Part shown: positions 25,995-36,708 of the stretch, piece by piece
Layout of the letters: the number at the start of each line of letters is the position of its first letter
Position numbering within the stretch: position 1 is the stretch's first letter
NCBI GenBank assembly: GCA_963707485.1
Contig: CAVPQS010000065.1
Coordinates: forward strand, 654-64,653
Source of the DNA: an uncultured bacterium
Lineage (GTDB): Bacteria > Zixibacteria > MSB-5A5 > CAIYYT01
Direction of reading: 5' to 3'
DNA: 64,000 nucleotides
Notes under the pieces: model-generated
Database searches by the model: none
What the model was told of the DNA's origin: nothing
Seen by the model: the letters and a program-made list of their open reading frames with translations, nothing else
Program-made: the position numbers and the translations under genes

Positions 25995-26046
25995 GGATTG
26001 CTCCTTTATCGGAATTCATTCTGTAAGCCAAAACTGAACTGACGGG

Positions 26047-27207
26047 TTATTTGCCGAGGTATTCACGGATGCGGCGGACAGCCTCGCGCAGGTTTTCAGT
26101 CGAGTTGGCGTAGCTGAGACGCAGGTAGCCCTCGCCCTGCGCGCCGAATGCGGTACCGGACAAAACGGCGACACCGGCGTCTTCAAGCAAACGCTCGGCG
26201 AGTTCGCGCGATTTGCGGCCCGTCGCAGTGATGTTCGGGAAAACATAAAATGCGCCGCGCGGTTTGCGGCAGGAAAATCCGGGAACGGTGTTGAGCTCGG
26301 CGACCAGCATGTCGCGACGGCGGCGAAATTCGGCGACCATGTCGTCGGTGGGCTTCTGCGTTCCCTGCAGGGCGGCGATGATCGCACGCTGGCTGAAGGA
26401 CGCGGTACAAGAATTACTGTTAGTCATCAGGCGGCTGACGAGGAAGGCGAGATCGTTGGGCATCACGCCGTAGCCGAGCCGCCAACCGGTCATGGCGTAG
26501 GCTTTGGAGAGACCGTCGAGAATGATCGTGCGCTCGACAAGACCGTCGAATTGCGTGATCGATTCGTGCTTGCCTTCGTAGATAATGCGGCCATAAATCT
26601 CGTCCGACAAAACCCAGAGATCGTGCTTGAGCGCAAGCTCGGCGATTGCCTCCAACTGCTCGTGACTGAGAACGCCGCCCGTAGGATTGCCGGGAGAATT
26701 GATGATGATCATGCGAGTGCGTGGCGTGATCAGACGTTTGAGCTCGCTTAAGTCTATCTGGAAGTCGTTGCTTTCGCGCAATGGAATCGGCGCCGGATGT
26801 GCGCCGACGAAGTTAATGACGGATTCGTAAATCGGAAAGCCGGGATCAGGGTAGATGACCTCGTCGCCGGTTTCGATGGCAGCCAGAGCGGTGAAGAACA
26901 AGATGGGTTTGGCGCCGGGAGTAATGACAACGTGGTGCGGTCCGAGACTGAGTCCCCGTGTGCGGTTGACCTCGTCGATGATGACCTGGCGGACCTCGGG
27001 AAGACCGGCGGAAGGACCGTAATGAGTGAAACCGTCTTTGAGCGCAGCGACGCCGGCATCAACGATGTGTTGCGGCGTATCGAAGTCGGGCTCTCCAATT
27101 TCCAGATGCACGACATGCTTGCCCTGAGATTCCAGTTCGCGCGCGCGCGCTAAGACTTCGAAGGCGGTCTCGGTTCCGAGACGGCCCATGCGGCTGGCAA
27201 ATTTCAC
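26047..27207 (-). CDS. Pyridoxal-phosphate-dependent aminotransferase, class I (aspartate aminotransferase-like)
   Basis: 386 aa; PLP lysine context SKAYAMTGWRLGY, NPTG and fold-type I motifs. Confidence 0.85.
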   Translation of the reverse strand: MKFASRMGRLGTETAFEVLARARELESQGKHVVHLEIGEPDFDTPQHIVDAGVAALKDGFTHYGPSAGLPEVRQVIIDEVNRTRGLSLGPHHVVITPGAKPILFFTALAAIETGDEVIYPDPGFPIYESVINFVGAHPAPIPLRESNDFQIDLSELKRLITPRTRMIIINSPGNPTGGVLSHEQLEAIAELALKHDLWVLSDEIYGRIIYEGKHESITQFDGLVERTIILDGLSKAYAMTGWRLGYGVMPNDLAFLVSRLMTNSNSCTASFSQRAIIAALQGTQKPTDDMVAEFRRRRDMLVAELNTVPGFSCRKPRGAFYVFPNITATGRKSRELAERLLEDAGVAVLSGTAFGAQGEGYLRLSYANSTENLREAVRRIREYLGK

Positions 27208-27589
27208 TTTGTAACAACTACCCTGTTATATTCGAAACAGCCCCGATATGGATTTCAGACAATCGCCACCACTATCGGTTGCGCCCTCACCTCCTGCGAA
27301 GCGCGGGATCTTCGACCTGCGCCTCTCCCAGTGGGAGAAGGATCCCGACAAGCACGGGATCTGTCGCCGCGTCCCTACGAATTCGACGGCAAATTGATCT
27401 CACCGCGAGCTGATTGTCAAAAAACGAAGTTGCCGGAAAAGCTGTCACTCATTGTTCAAAACATCTTGCTGGACGCCTTCGGCAGCCGCCTGCGCGGGAA
27501 TGACTTAGCTGGATGACGGCGCACAATCAGCAAGTCGCTTCGGCACTAATTTAGATTTTCTCAACAGTCCCCGAGCGGTGGGGCGCCAA

Positions 27590-28549
27590 TTATTTTTTGC
27601 GTTTCAGAACGCGTTTGACGGCGGCGACGACATCTTTCGATTTTAATCCGAATGCCGCCATCAATTCATCCGGCTTGCCGGACTGACCAAATCGATCCAT
27701 GACCGCCACAAATTCCTGCGGCACCGGATGGTGCGATGCGAGAACTTCGGCGACAGCGCCGCCGAGTCCGCCGTTCACCTGGTGCTCTTCAGCGGTGACG
27801 ATGGCGCCGCATTCGCGCGCGGCTTTGATAATCGTCTCGCGGTCGAGCGGTTTGATCGTGTGCATATCGATGACGCGGCAGTCGATGCCCTCGGAGGAAA
27901 GGACATCCGCGGCCACCAGTGATTCATAAACGAGCACGCCGCAAGCGATGATCGCGACGTCGCCGCCTTCGCGATAAGTGTTGGCTTTGCCGAAAACAAA
28001 CGGCGTTGATTCGTCGGTCACAACGGGCACGGGTTCGCGGCCAAAGCGGATGTAGACCGGACCGGGCGTTGCCGCAGCAGCATGGGTGGCTTTGCGCGTT
28101 GCCCAGTAATCGCACGGCACGATGACCTGCATGTTCGGAATCGAGCGCAGAATCGAGAGCTCTTCCATGGCCTGATGCGTGGCCCCATCGGGACCGACGG
28201 AAATACCGCCGTGCGCGCCGCCGATTTTGACATTGAGATTCGAGTAGCAAAGCGTGATGCGGATCATGTCGAGGCAGCGATAGGACGCGAAGGCGCCGTA
28301 GGTCGAAAAGAACGGAATCTTGCCGATGAGAGACAAACCGGCGGCGACCAAGGCCAGGTTCTGTTCGGCAACGCCGACCTGGACAAAGCGGTGCGGGAAT
28401 CTTTCGGCAAAGAAGTTGACGCAGGTTGACTCCATCAGGTCGCCGACGAGCACGACAATGCGGTCGTCCTTTTCGCCCAAGTCCACGAGACCGTGTCCGA
28501 AACCGACACGGGTTTTTTCCATTTTCACTTCAGTCATTTGTTTCAACAT
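27590..28549 (-). CDS. Transketolase, C-terminal (pyrimidine-binding + C-terminal domain) subunit
   Basis: 319 aa; VGVAEQNLALVAAGLS, GGAHGGISVGPDGATHQ; pairs with the upstream N-terminal subunit (split tkt). Confidence 0.85.
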   Translation of the reverse strand: MLKQMTEVKMEKTRVGFGHGLVDLGEKDDRIVVLVGDLMESTCVNFFAERFPHRFVQVGVAEQNLALVAAGLSLIGKIPFFSTYGAFASYRCLDMIRITLCYSNLNVKIGGAHGGISVGPDGATHQAMEELSILRSIPNMQVIVPCDYWATRKATHAAAATPGPVYIRFGREPVPVVTDESTPFVFGKANTYREGGDVAIIACGVLVYESLVAADVLSSEGIDCRVIDMHTIKPLDRETIIKAARECGAIVTAEEHQVNGGLGGAVAEVLASHHPVPQEFVAVMDRFGQSGKPDELMAAFGLKSKDVVAAVKRVLKRKK

Positions 28550-28552
28550 ATC

Positions 28553-29440
28553 CTATCCTGCCAGAAGGCGCGCCGACCAATCCGAGTAAGTCGTACCGAG
28601 TTCTTTCAGCGCCATTTCTCCTTCATCGGGTTTGGGCGGTTTTCCATGCCATTGATATTTGCCTCTCATAAACGAAACACCCTCGCCCATGAGCGTGTGC
28701 GCAATAATCACGGTCGGTTTGCCCTTGTAGGCGGCCATCGACTCGAAGGCTTCGACGATTTCCGCCATGTTGTGGCCGTCGATTTCGATGACGTTCCAAT
28801 TGAAGGCGCGCCATTTGTCGGCGAGCGGAGCGATGTCCATGATGTCCGAAACGAAACCGTCGATCTGGGCTTTGTTGTAGTCGACGATGACGCCGAGATT
28901 GTCGAGCTTGTAGAAGCCGGCGAACATCGCGCTTTCCCAGCAGGAGCCTTCTTCCAATTCGCCGTCGCCCATGATGCAATAAACGCGGCGCGGATGCTTG
29001 TCCATTTTGGAGCCTTTGGCAACGCCGCAAGCGACGCCGAGTCCTTGCCCGAGCGAGCCGGAGGAGACTTCAATGCCGGGGGTATCGAGGCGATGCGGAT
29101 GACCCTGGAGATGGCCGTCGAATTTGCGGAATTTCATCAAATCCTTGAGCGGGAAGTAACCGCATTCGGCGAGCATCGAATAGTTGATTGGAGTGACGTG
29201 GCCGATTGAGTAGAAAACGAAATCGCGGTCGAGCCAGCCTGGATCTTTGGGATTATGATTCAGGAAACGGAAATAGAGCGCCGTCGCAAAATCGGTGCAG
29301 GACAGCGGTCCGCCGGTGTGCCCGGATTTTGCCTCGACCAGCATCGTGATGATATCACGGCGAACTTCGACGGTCTTAGCTTTGAGTTGTTCTATCGAGT
29401 AATTGAAAGGGTTCAAACTTCCTCCCGACAAAAAATCCAT
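28553..29440 (-). CDS. Transketolase, N-terminal (TPP-binding) subunit
   Basis: 295 aa; HTGGPLSCTDFATALYF, GDGELEEG (thiamine pyrophosphate (TPP)/Mg binding), GHP. Confidence 0.85.
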   Translation of the reverse strand: MDFLSGGSLNPFNYSIEQLKAKTVEVRRDIITMLVEAKSGHTGGPLSCTDFATALYFRFLNHNPKDPGWLDRDFVFYSIGHVTPINYSMLAECGYFPLKDLMKFRKFDGHLQGHPHRLDTPGIEVSSGSLGQGLGVACGVAKGSKMDKHPRRVYCIMGDGELEEGSCWESAMFAGFYKLDNLGVIVDYNKAQIDGFVSDIMDIAPLADKWRAFNWNVIEIDGHNMAEIVEAFESMAAYKGKPTVIIAHTLMGEGVSFMRGKYQWHGKPPKPDEGEMALKELGTTYSDWSARLLAG

Positions 29441-29472
29441 GAAGCGAGAACATAAGCCAAAAGCGGCTTAAG

Positions 29473-30087
29473 TCAATCAAATTTCTGGCCCGAATGTTGC
29501 ACTAAGCGGGCATACAAACGCCACGTTTTTTGCACCAGTTGGTCGGTGGTGCCGTTGTTGCAGATGACGGCATCCGCCATTTTGCGCAGTCGATATTTGG
29601 GAATCTGGCGTTTTATGCGCTGCATCGCGTCCTGGCGGCTCCTCCCTGCCTTCTTGAGTCGCGCGAGCTGGTTCTTGAGCGTGCTGTCGACGACGATTAC
29701 GACATCCAGTTCGCGATCGAGTTTCCAGTCAAAAAGCAAGGCGGCATCAACGACGAGCAATTTTGTGCGCCGCGACCGGCTGTGCCGGGCGATCTGTTTG
29801 CGGAGCAAAGCCAGCAGCGCCGGATGGACGATGGCATTGAGTTTGGCGGTGTTTTCCTCGGTGGCAAATGCTTTCGATGCGAGCTTCGTGCGGTTGAGCT
29901 TGCGATTGGTGAAGACGTTGTCGGCGCCGAAGGCGGTTTTGAGACGCTTGAGGACGGTGGCATTGGTCGCGACGACTTCCTTGCCCAAATCGTCGGCATT
30001 GATCACGACTGCGCCCAATTTCTGTAGTTCGCGTGCGACGGTGCTCTTGCCGCAAGCCATTTGTCCTGTCAGTCCAACGGTGTACAT
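29473..30087 (-). CDS. coaE: Dephospho-CoA kinase
   Basis: 204 aa; P-loop GLTGQMACGKST, INADDLG. Confidence 0.85.
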   Translation of the reverse strand: MYTVGLTGQMACGKSTVARELQKLGAVVINADDLGKEVVATNATVLKRLKTAFGADNVFTNRKLNRTKLASKAFATEENTAKLNAIVHPALLALLRKQIARHSRSRRTKLLVVDAALLFDWKLDRELDVVIVVDSTLKNQLARLKKAGRSRQDAMQRIKRQIPKYRLRKMADAVICNNGTTDQLVQKTWRLYARLVQHSGQKFD

Positions 30088-30090
30088 GAC

Positions 30091-31335
30091 TTATTCCCCG
30101 GCGTAATCTTTCGCCCAGGCTTTGCCCGCCTCACCGGAGCGGAGGTATTCATCTTGCTTGAGTCCTTTCAAGAAGACCAGGTTCAAATCCGCGGTATAGA
30201 GGTTCTTCGATGTAAACTTAAATTTGTCCGCCAGAGTACCCGCCGCCATAAAATATTTACGCGCGTTGAAGTAATCCTGTTGTCGGCGATAAATGCCGGC
30301 GAGATCGTTGAGGTTGTCGACGACGTCGGCGCCGCTCTGGAGGTTGCGCCAAAGTTGCAGCGACTTTTGCAGGTTTACCAGCGCCGAATCAAGCGAGCCG
30401 GAATCGCGCTGCACTTTGCCGAGCACGTGCAAGGCAAATGCAGTAGTGCCGTCGGCGGCGCCGCCGGTGATGACGTGGTTCAACTGCGTCAAGGTTGCGC
30501 GCGCGGAGTCGAGCATTCCGGCGCGCTGGTAAAAATCGGACATTCCCGACAGAGCCAAATTCCGGAAACTTTCGGAGGATTCGCCGCGATAGTCCAGCAA
30601 TTTAGTGAAAATCGATTTCGCCAAATCCATGCTGTCGACGCGCACAGCGGCAAAGGCAAGACCGGCGCGGGCTAGAGCGATGTGGAAGGTGTCGCCGACC
30701 GCGATGGCGGCGGCTAAAGCCTCCGTGCCGACGATAAAGGCCGAGTCCTGCTTTTCCGAGGAGCGGTAGGCGTTGGCGAGCACCAAATCGGCGGCGAGAA
30801 TCGCGGTCGAGTCATTTTCGCCGCGCGCCTGCTCGAGCGCGCCGTGAGCCAAGCGAGACATGGCATCGATATCGCCGCGCAACTCGAAGACCTGCGCCAT
30901 CGTCACCTGCCCGACCAATGATGACGGGAACTCATTTGCGAGTTGATTGGCGGCAGAGTGGACGATATCGAGCGTACCGCCGCGCGACATATTGTCGCGT
31001 GTGCGCGCAAGAAAATACTCGCGCTGAATCAGCTTGTCGTCGGGGTCGGCGTTGAGCGCTTTGTGGTAGTTGAGGACCGCGACATCGAAATCGCTGAGCA
31101 TCATTTGACGGCGGGCAAGGACGACATATTCTTCTTTAGTCAGGGTGACTTCGCGGTTGACAATCAGCGAATAACCGCCCCAAATCGCGACAATTCCGAC
31201 GATGACGGCGCCGGCATAGAGCAATGATTTTTGGATTTGCGCTTTGTTATGGCGATAGTAACGACCAAGGCTGAAACTTTGCCGGCGCGGTTGCGGGCGC
31301 GGAGTTGTTTGTCGACGCGATTTTTTCTTGGCCAT
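30091..31335 (-). CDS. Membrane-anchored TPR-repeat protein
   Basis: 414 aa; basic N-terminus plus one TM segment (LLYAGAVIVGIVAIWGGYSLIV), followed by TPR-like helical repeats. Confidence 0.55.
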   Translation of the reverse strand: MAKKKSRRQTTPRPQPRRQSFSLGRYYRHNKAQIQKSLLYAGAVIVGIVAIWGGYSLIVNREVTLTKEEYVVLARRQMMLSDFDVAVLNYHKALNADPDDKLIQREYFLARTRDNMSRGGTLDIVHSAANQLANEFPSSLVGQVTMAQVFELRGDIDAMSRLAHGALEQARGENDSTAILAADLVLANAYRSSEKQDSAFIVGTEALAAAIAVGDTFHIALARAGLAFAAVRVDSMDLAKSIFTKLLDYRGESSESFRNLALSGMSDFYQRAGMLDSARATLTQLNHVITGGAADGTTAFALHVLGKVQRDSGSLDSALVNLQKSLQLWRNLQSGADVVDNLNDLAGIYRRQQDYFNARKYFMAAGTLADKFKFTSKNLYTADLNLVFLKGLKQDEYLRSGEAGKAWAKDYAGE

Positions 31336-31344
31336 GCGCTGCTG

Positions 31345-34059
31345 CTACTTACTCTCGAGCCAGTTGTCGCCGACGCCCATTTCGACGGTGATCGGGACTT
31401 TGAGTTTGACGCAATTCTCCATGCGGTCGCGGACGAGCGCTTTCATTTTTTCGAGTTCCGATTTGTGCACGTCGAACACCAATTCGTCGTGCACCTGCAT
31501 GATCATCATGGATTTCATACCTTCCATTTCGCGGTCGATTTCGATCATGGCAATTTTGATCATATCTGCGGCGGTGCCCTGGATGATCGAGTTGACGGCT
31601 GTGCGCTCGGCGAACTGGCGCAGCGAGACGTTGGAGGAATTGATCTCGGGCAGATAGCGCCGACGACCGAACAAGGTCGTGACATAACCCTCGACGCGCG
31701 CGGTATTAATCGAGCTGTCGATAAACTTGCGGATCATCGGGTAGCGATTGAAATAGATGTCGATGAATTCTTTCGCCTCCGGAACACTCATGTCCGATTG
31801 CTGCGAGAGGCCGAATGCCGTGACGCCGTAGATCACAGCGAAATTGGCGGTCTTGGCCATGCGCCGCATCTGCGGAGTGACGTCTTTAAGCGCGACGCCG
31901 TAAACTTCGGACGCCGTGCGCGAGTGAATGTCTTCCTTATTTTGGAACGACTTGATCAGGGTCTCCTCATCGGCGAAATGCGCCAGGACGCGGAGCTCGA
32001 TCTGCGAATAGTCGGCAGTGAGAATCTTGCGCGCGGGTTCGCTGGGAATAAACGCTTTGCGAATCTGGCTGCCCTCTTCGGTCTTGATCGGAATATTCTG
32101 CAAGTTGGGATCGTTCGAAGAGAGCCGGCCCGTTGCCGCGACAGCCTGAGAGTATGAAGTATGCACGCGGCCGGTCACCGGGCTGACGGAGGCAGGCAAT
32201 GCGTCAACATAAGTCGATTTGAGTTTCTGCAATTTGCGAAAATCGAGAATCCGGCGCGGCAGATCGTGAACCTTGGAAAGTTCGGTGAGAACATTGACGT
32301 CTGTAGAGTATGCCGTTTTCTTGGCGGTCTTGCGCATCGGTTTCAGTTTGAGCTCGTTGAAAAGAATATCGCCCAATTGCGCAGTGGAATTGATGTTGAA
32401 TTCCTTGCCGGCGAGGGTGTAAATGTCGTGAGTGATTTTCACGAGTTCGGCGGCGATCTCGCCGGACATTTTCTTGAGGAAATCGGAATCGATGCGCACG
32501 CCGTTGGCTTCGACTTTCGCGAGCACTTTGCACAGCGGCATTTCGATTTCGTGCAGTAATTTCTCCGCGCCAATCGCGGCGACTTTGGGTTTCAGCTTGT
32601 GCATCAGGCGCAAAGTGAAATCGGCGTCTTCGGCGGAATAGAATGTCGCCTTGTCGATCGGAACGCGGTCGAATGTAGTTTGCTTCTTCCCGGCGCCGAT
32701 CAAGTCGCTGATCGGCTGCATGCGATAGTCGCAGTGTTTCATCGCGAGCGCGTCGAGTCCGTGCTGTCCGGCAGGGTCGACGACGTAGCTGGCGAGCATC
32801 GGGTCGTAATCGAAAGACGAAATCTGATAGCCGGCCTGAGTCATAATGTGGTAGTCGAATTTGAAATTCTGCGCGACGCGCGTGAGTGTGGGATCAGACA
32901 TCAGCGGGTTGAGAATCTTGTGACACGTCGCCGGGTCGAGATTCTGACCTTCCGTGTGCGCCAGCGGGATGTAATATGCTTCGCCCTCAGCGACGGCGAT
33001 GGAAATACCGACAAGTTTGCAGGCGAGCCAATCGAGGCCGGTGGTTTCAGTATCGAAGGCAAAAACCTTGGCCTCCTTGATGCGCGCGGCGAGTTTTTTG
33101 AGATCGGCTTCGGTGGCAACGGTCTTGTAGACTTGCTTGGTCTGCGATTGCGCCGGTTCGGGTGTTTCCTCGCCGAAGAGATTAGTCTGTCCGAGCGAAC
33201 GGAGCAACGACGTGAATTCGAGTTCAAGGAATAAGCTGCGCAGTTGGGCGGTGTCGAGCGAAGGGACCTTGAGATTTTCCAGCTTGTAAGCGACCTTGGC
33301 GTCGTAATCAAGCGCGACTAATTTCTTTGTCAATTCGGCGCGTTCGCGGAAGGCGATCAAAGACTCGCGCAACTTGGGCTTGGTGATTTTCTCCGCATTG
33401 GCAAGCACGGCATCGAATGAGCCGTACTCGGAGATCAATTTGACCGCCGTCTTGGGGCCGACGCCTTCGACGCCGGGGATGTTGTCGGAGGTGTCCCCCA
33501 TCAGAGCGAGCAGGTCGACGATTTGCTCGGGGTAAACACCCATCTTCCCTTTGACGGCTTCGCGATCGTACCATTCGCCTTCTTCGGAGAGCTTTTTCAA
33601 ATTCCAAATTTTAGTTTTGTCGTTGACGAGTTGCATCAGATCTTTATCGCTGGTAACGACGACGACTTCCCAGCCGGCGGCTTCGGCTTTTTTCGTGAGC
33701 GTGGCGATGATGTCGTCTGCCTCAAAACCGGGCTGGCGCAAATGGGCGACTTTCATCGTATCGAGCAAGTTGTCAAGCCGCGGCAATTGCTCGACCATTT
33801 CGTCCGGCATGGTCGCGCGATTGGCTTTGTACTGGCCGTACATGTCGTGGCGGAAGCTGGGTTCTTTGGTGTCAAGAACGACAGCCAGGTGCGACGGGCG
33901 TTCTTTGGTGAGAATGCGCATTAATGTCGCTGCAAAGCCAAAAACGACCGAAGTCGGTTCGCCGCGCTTGGTGCGAAGCGGGTTTTGCGCAAAAGCGAAA
34001 TATGAGCGATAGGCGAGCGCCGAGCCGTCGATCAAAAATAGTCTATTTTGAGCCATCAT
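31345..34059 (-). CDS. polA: DNA polymerase I
   Basis: 904 aa; 5'-3' exonuclease N-terminus (LFLIDGSALAYRSYFA), 3'-5' exonuclease (FDTETTGLD), and polymerase motifs (DYSQIELR, QVHDEL). Confidence 0.9.
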   Translation of the reverse strand: MMAQNRLFLIDGSALAYRSYFAFAQNPLRTKRGEPTSVVFGFAATLMRILTKERPSHLAVVLDTKEPSFRHDMYGQYKANRATMPDEMVEQLPRLDNLLDTMKVAHLRQPGFEADDIIATLTKKAEAAGWEVVVVTSDKDLMQLVNDKTKIWNLKKLSEEGEWYDREAVKGKMGVYPEQIVDLLALMGDTSDNIPGVEGVGPKTAVKLISEYGSFDAVLANAEKITKPKLRESLIAFRERAELTKKLVALDYDAKVAYKLENLKVPSLDTAQLRSLFLELEFTSLLRSLGQTNLFGEETPEPAQSQTKQVYKTVATEADLKKLAARIKEAKVFAFDTETTGLDWLACKLVGISIAVAEGEAYYIPLAHTEGQNLDPATCHKILNPLMSDPTLTRVAQNFKFDYHIMTQAGYQISSFDYDPMLASYVVDPAGQHGLDALAMKHCDYRMQPISDLIGAGKKQTTFDRVPIDKATFYSAEDADFTLRLMHKLKPKVAAIGAEKLLHEIEMPLCKVLAKVEANGVRIDSDFLKKMSGEIAAELVKITHDIYTLAGKEFNINSTAQLGDILFNELKLKPMRKTAKKTAYSTDVNVLTELSKVHDLPRRILDFRKLQKLKSTYVDALPASVSPVTGRVHTSYSQAVAATGRLSSNDPNLQNIPIKTEEGSQIRKAFIPSEPARKILTADYSQIELRVLAHFADEETLIKSFQNKEDIHSRTASEVYGVALKDVTPQMRRMAKTANFAVIYGVTAFGLSQQSDMSVPEAKEFIDIYFNRYPMIRKFIDSSINTARVEGYVTTLFGRRRYLPEINSSNVSLRQFAERTAVNSIIQGTAADMIKIAMIEIDREMEGMKSMMIMQVHDELVFDVHKSELEKMKALVRDRMENCVKLKVPITVEMGVGDNWLESK

Positions 34060-34631
34060 TCCTCGCGATAAAGTTGATGCGACTCAATATAAGCAATCAC
34101 GGCGTCGGGCACAAGAAAACGCACCGAATGTCCGGCGCGCAAGCTGTTGCGCAATTCGGTGGCGGAGATGTCGATTTCGGGCATGTCGATGCGGACAAAA
34201 GGATAGTGGCTTTGATGCGGGTGGCCGCTGCGAGACGCGACAGCGAGACGCGCGAGTTTGCAGATTTTGTCGGGCTGGTGCCACGACTCAATTTGCGACA
34301 AGCTGTCGGCGCCCATGAGAAAGGTGAACTCGGCCAGCGGATAGATCGACTTGAATTTCTCGAGCATCTTGATGGTGTAAGTCGGCGGCTCGATCTCGGA
34401 TTCGATGGTCGAAAGCGCGCATTTTTCGATGCCGGCGATGGCAAGCTCGATCATGGCGCAGCGATGCTCGAATGCCGTCGGGATAATTTTGTGCGTGTTT
34501 GCCGGCGCAAAGGTCGGCACAAACAAAACCTGATCGAGACCAAACTGCTCGATAGCGGCTTGCGCGATGGTCAGGTGGCCGAGATGAACAGGATCGAATG
34601 CGCCCCCCAGGATACCGAGACTTTCACTCAC
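34056..34631 (-). CDS. nadD: Nicotinate-nucleotide adenylyltransferase
   Basis: ILGGAFDPVHLGHL (HxGH). Probable GTG start at 34631 inside the overlap GTGAGTGA with the bamD stop. The ATG at 34730 would overlap bamD by about 100 nt. Confidence 0.8.
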   Translation of the reverse strand: MSESLGILGGAFDPVHLGHLTIAQAAIEQFGLDQVLFVPTFAPANTHKIIPTAFEHRCAMIELAIAGIEKCALSTIESEIEPPTYTIKMLEKFKSIYPLAEFTFLMGADSLSQIESWHQPDKICKLARLAVASRSGHPHQSHYPFVRIDMPEIDISATELRNSLRAGHSVRFLVPDAVIAYIESHQLYREE

Positions 34632-35439
34632 CTTTTGGTTCGCTAAGTTGGGCAGCCGCAGCGGAATCTTTTGCGGCCGCGGCGATTTTGGTCTCGATTT
34701 TTGCCTTGAGTTTGACGGCTTTCGGCACAAAAGTGGAATTGGGGAATGTGGCGACGAGGTTGTTCAGCTTGTCGCGCGCATCGATAAATTTGGATTCTTT
34801 TTCATCAATTTGCGCGAGCGTAAACAGCGCCTCGGCAGTATAGCCGGACTCGGGATACTCAGTGATAAGATCCTCGAAATAGAGGCGCGCGGAAATCCGG
34901 TTGCCCATGCGGTAGTATTGCCTGGCGGCACGGAACTGTTTCTCTACTAGCCGCTCAATGGCCCGGGAAAGCATGATCTCACCCTCGGCGCGACGGTCGG
35001 AACCGGGATAGTCTTCGAGGAAGGCTTTAAGTTCGCGGATCGCCGATTGCGTGTCGGCCTGATCGAGACCGACGTTGCCGGGAGCAGCATCAAAGTATGA
35101 TTTGCCGACCATAAACTGGGCGTCATCAACAAGCGCAGAACGCGGGAAACTGGACATCAAGCGGCGAAATTCGGCGACGGCAAGATGGAAATCTTCATTT
35201 CCGTAGTAGGACATTGCGAAGTAGTATTGGACGCTATCGATATAACTGAGACCGGGGTTAGAGAGCACAATTCGCTGGAGCATATTTTGGGCATCCATGA
35301 ATTTGCCGTCATTTATTTTTGCCACCGCCTGGTCGTAAGCGACTCTCGGGTCGACGGTCGAGCTTGCGTTTTTGGCCGCACACCCAGCCAGCAGAGCCAC
35401 CAGACCGGCAGCCAAAAACATCCACGAAAATTTCTTCAT
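34624..35439 (-). CDS. bamD: Outer membrane protein assembly factor BamD (YfiO/ComL-like TPR lipoprotein)
   Basis: Lipoprotein signal MKKFSWMFLAAGLVALLAGC (lipobox) followed by TPR-like repeats. Start chosen at Met5 of the ORF. Confidence 0.7.
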   Translation of the reverse strand: MKKFSWMFLAAGLVALLAGCAAKNASSTVDPRVAYDQAVAKINDGKFMDAQNMLQRIVLSNPGLSYIDSVQYYFAMSYYGNEDFHLAVAEFRRLMSSFPRSALVDDAQFMVGKSYFDAAPGNVGLDQADTQSAIRELKAFLEDYPGSDRRAEGEIMLSRAIERLVEKQFRAARQYYRMGNRISARLYFEDLITEYPESGYTAEALFTLAQIDEKESKFIDARDKLNNLVATFPNSTFVPKAVKLKAKIETKIAAAAKDSAAAAQLSEPKGE

Positions 35440-35460
35440 CCACAACCTCATTAAGTGTAA

Positions 35461-36081
35461 TCAGCGCGACGCAAAGAACAGGTAGACTAAGACGCCCGTA
35501 ATGCCGGCGATTACGCCCGGTTCAATCAATCGCTGAAAAGTTGTCGGCGGCAGGGCCGGTGCGAGAAACGTGTCATCGCCGCGAGCCCGCCGAGCCTGGT
35601 CAAAACTGAGAGTATCGGCTACCATTAAAGTTCGTGTTTCCAGAGTGCGCTCAAGCCTGCCGTCGGAGGCCAGCAAAGCGCCGGCTGCGCTGATCGAGAA
35701 CTCGCGCGCCACTTTGCCTTGTCGAAAGACACCGCCGCCAATACCGACGTACCTAAGGCTATAGTCGTTGATCGTGCTTTGCAATAATAATCTATCGCTA
35801 TTGTCGTCGGCTGCCGCGTAATACACGGTTTTTCCGCGTTTAGTTAACGAAGCGGCGATACTGCTGCGCAAAGCTTCGCCGAAACGTCCTTCAATAGTTG
35901 ATACAATTATCCGCGAGAATTCGCTTGAATTGAGGTCATTGGCAAAAAGCGCGCCGGTGCTGTCGACGCCGCGGCTGCATAATTGCAGATTGGTGAGAAC
36001 GTCCGCCCGAACGGTCGGAGCGGATAGAAATGTCAGTAAGAACAGCAGCGGAGCGAATTTAACCATGCGGATATTTTTCAC
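35461..36081 (-). CDS. Hypothetical secreted/envelope protein
   Basis: 206 aa; N-terminal signal peptide and a C-terminal hydrophobic segment (GVIAGITGVLVYLFFAS). No recognised family. Confidence 0.45.
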   Translation of the reverse strand: MKNIRMVKFAPLLFLLTFLSAPTVRADVLTNLQLCSRGVDSTGALFANDLNSSEFSRIIVSTIEGRFGEALRSSIAASLTKRGKTVYYAAADDNSDRLLLQSTINDYSLRYVGIGGGVFRQGKVAREFSISAAGALLASDGRLERTLETRTLMVADTLSFDQARRARGDDTFLAPALPPTTFQRLIEPGVIAGITGVLVYLFFASR

Positions 36082-36706
36082 AAAGCTCTTTATAGCGCTC
36101 CATCACCTTGCGCAGATATTGTTGCGGCATTTTTTCACCGGTGACCAGCCGGTCACGCAGTTTTGTTTCGCCGACATTATAAGCAACCAGAGCTTTCTTG
36201 ACATCCCCAAATTTCAAAATCAACTCAAAGAGATAGAGGCTGCCGAGTTTGACATTGTAGGCAGGATTAGAGAGCGAGAGTTGTCCCCCGTAGGCGATGC
36301 CATTGCGCATGGCCAAGTCGGCGGCAACAAAGGGCTTCATTTGCATTAAGCCATGTGCGCCCAAATTGGTGGAGTCGGCCTTGCGCAGCGAGCTTTCAGT
36401 GAGAATTACAGCCAGCAGCAGGCGCGGGTCGTAGCCGTATTTTTTGCTTTCGCTGACAATGACATTCGCGAGCGCGGCGACTTCCCGCTGGTTGAATCCA
36501 ACCTGGAAATCCTCGATAATGTTGAGGATTTTGAGCTTCTCCTCAAGTTCGGTGATGCGCTTTTGCTGGTAGAAGATCGTTTGCTGGTTGTCATAGTATT
36601 CGTAGACAAAATAGATGAGGACGGAAGACTGAATCAAATAGATCAGGAAGAAAAGAAAAGCGATCGGCTTGGACAGCATCACGCCAAGTTTTCGTTCGAA
36701 GGTCAT
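36059..36706 (-). CDS. Lytic transglycosylase (SLT domain), membrane-anchored
   Basis: SLT catalytic region LAVILTESSLRKADSTNLGAHGLMQ (ES...GLMQ) with an N-terminal TM. Start set at Met50 of the ORF, directly after the rimO stop. Confidence 0.7.
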   Translation of the reverse strand: MTFERKLGVMLSKPIAFLFFLIYLIQSSVLIYFVYEYYDNQQTIFYQQKRITELEEKLKILNIIEDFQVGFNQREVAALANVIVSESKKYGYDPRLLLAVILTESSLRKADSTNLGAHGLMQMKPFVAADLAMRNGIAYGGQLSLSNPAYNVKLGSLYLFELILKFGDVKKALVAYNVGETKLRDRLVTGEKMPQQYLRKVMERYKELCEKYPHG

Positions 36707-36708
36707 GT

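Noticed and set aside
27560-27600. T-run ttattttttgcg next to a CCCC..GGGG hairpin, considered as a plus-strand terminator
   Set aside because: The T-run is the coding sequence (KRKK-stop) of the minus-strand transketolase gene. No plus-strand gene ends here.
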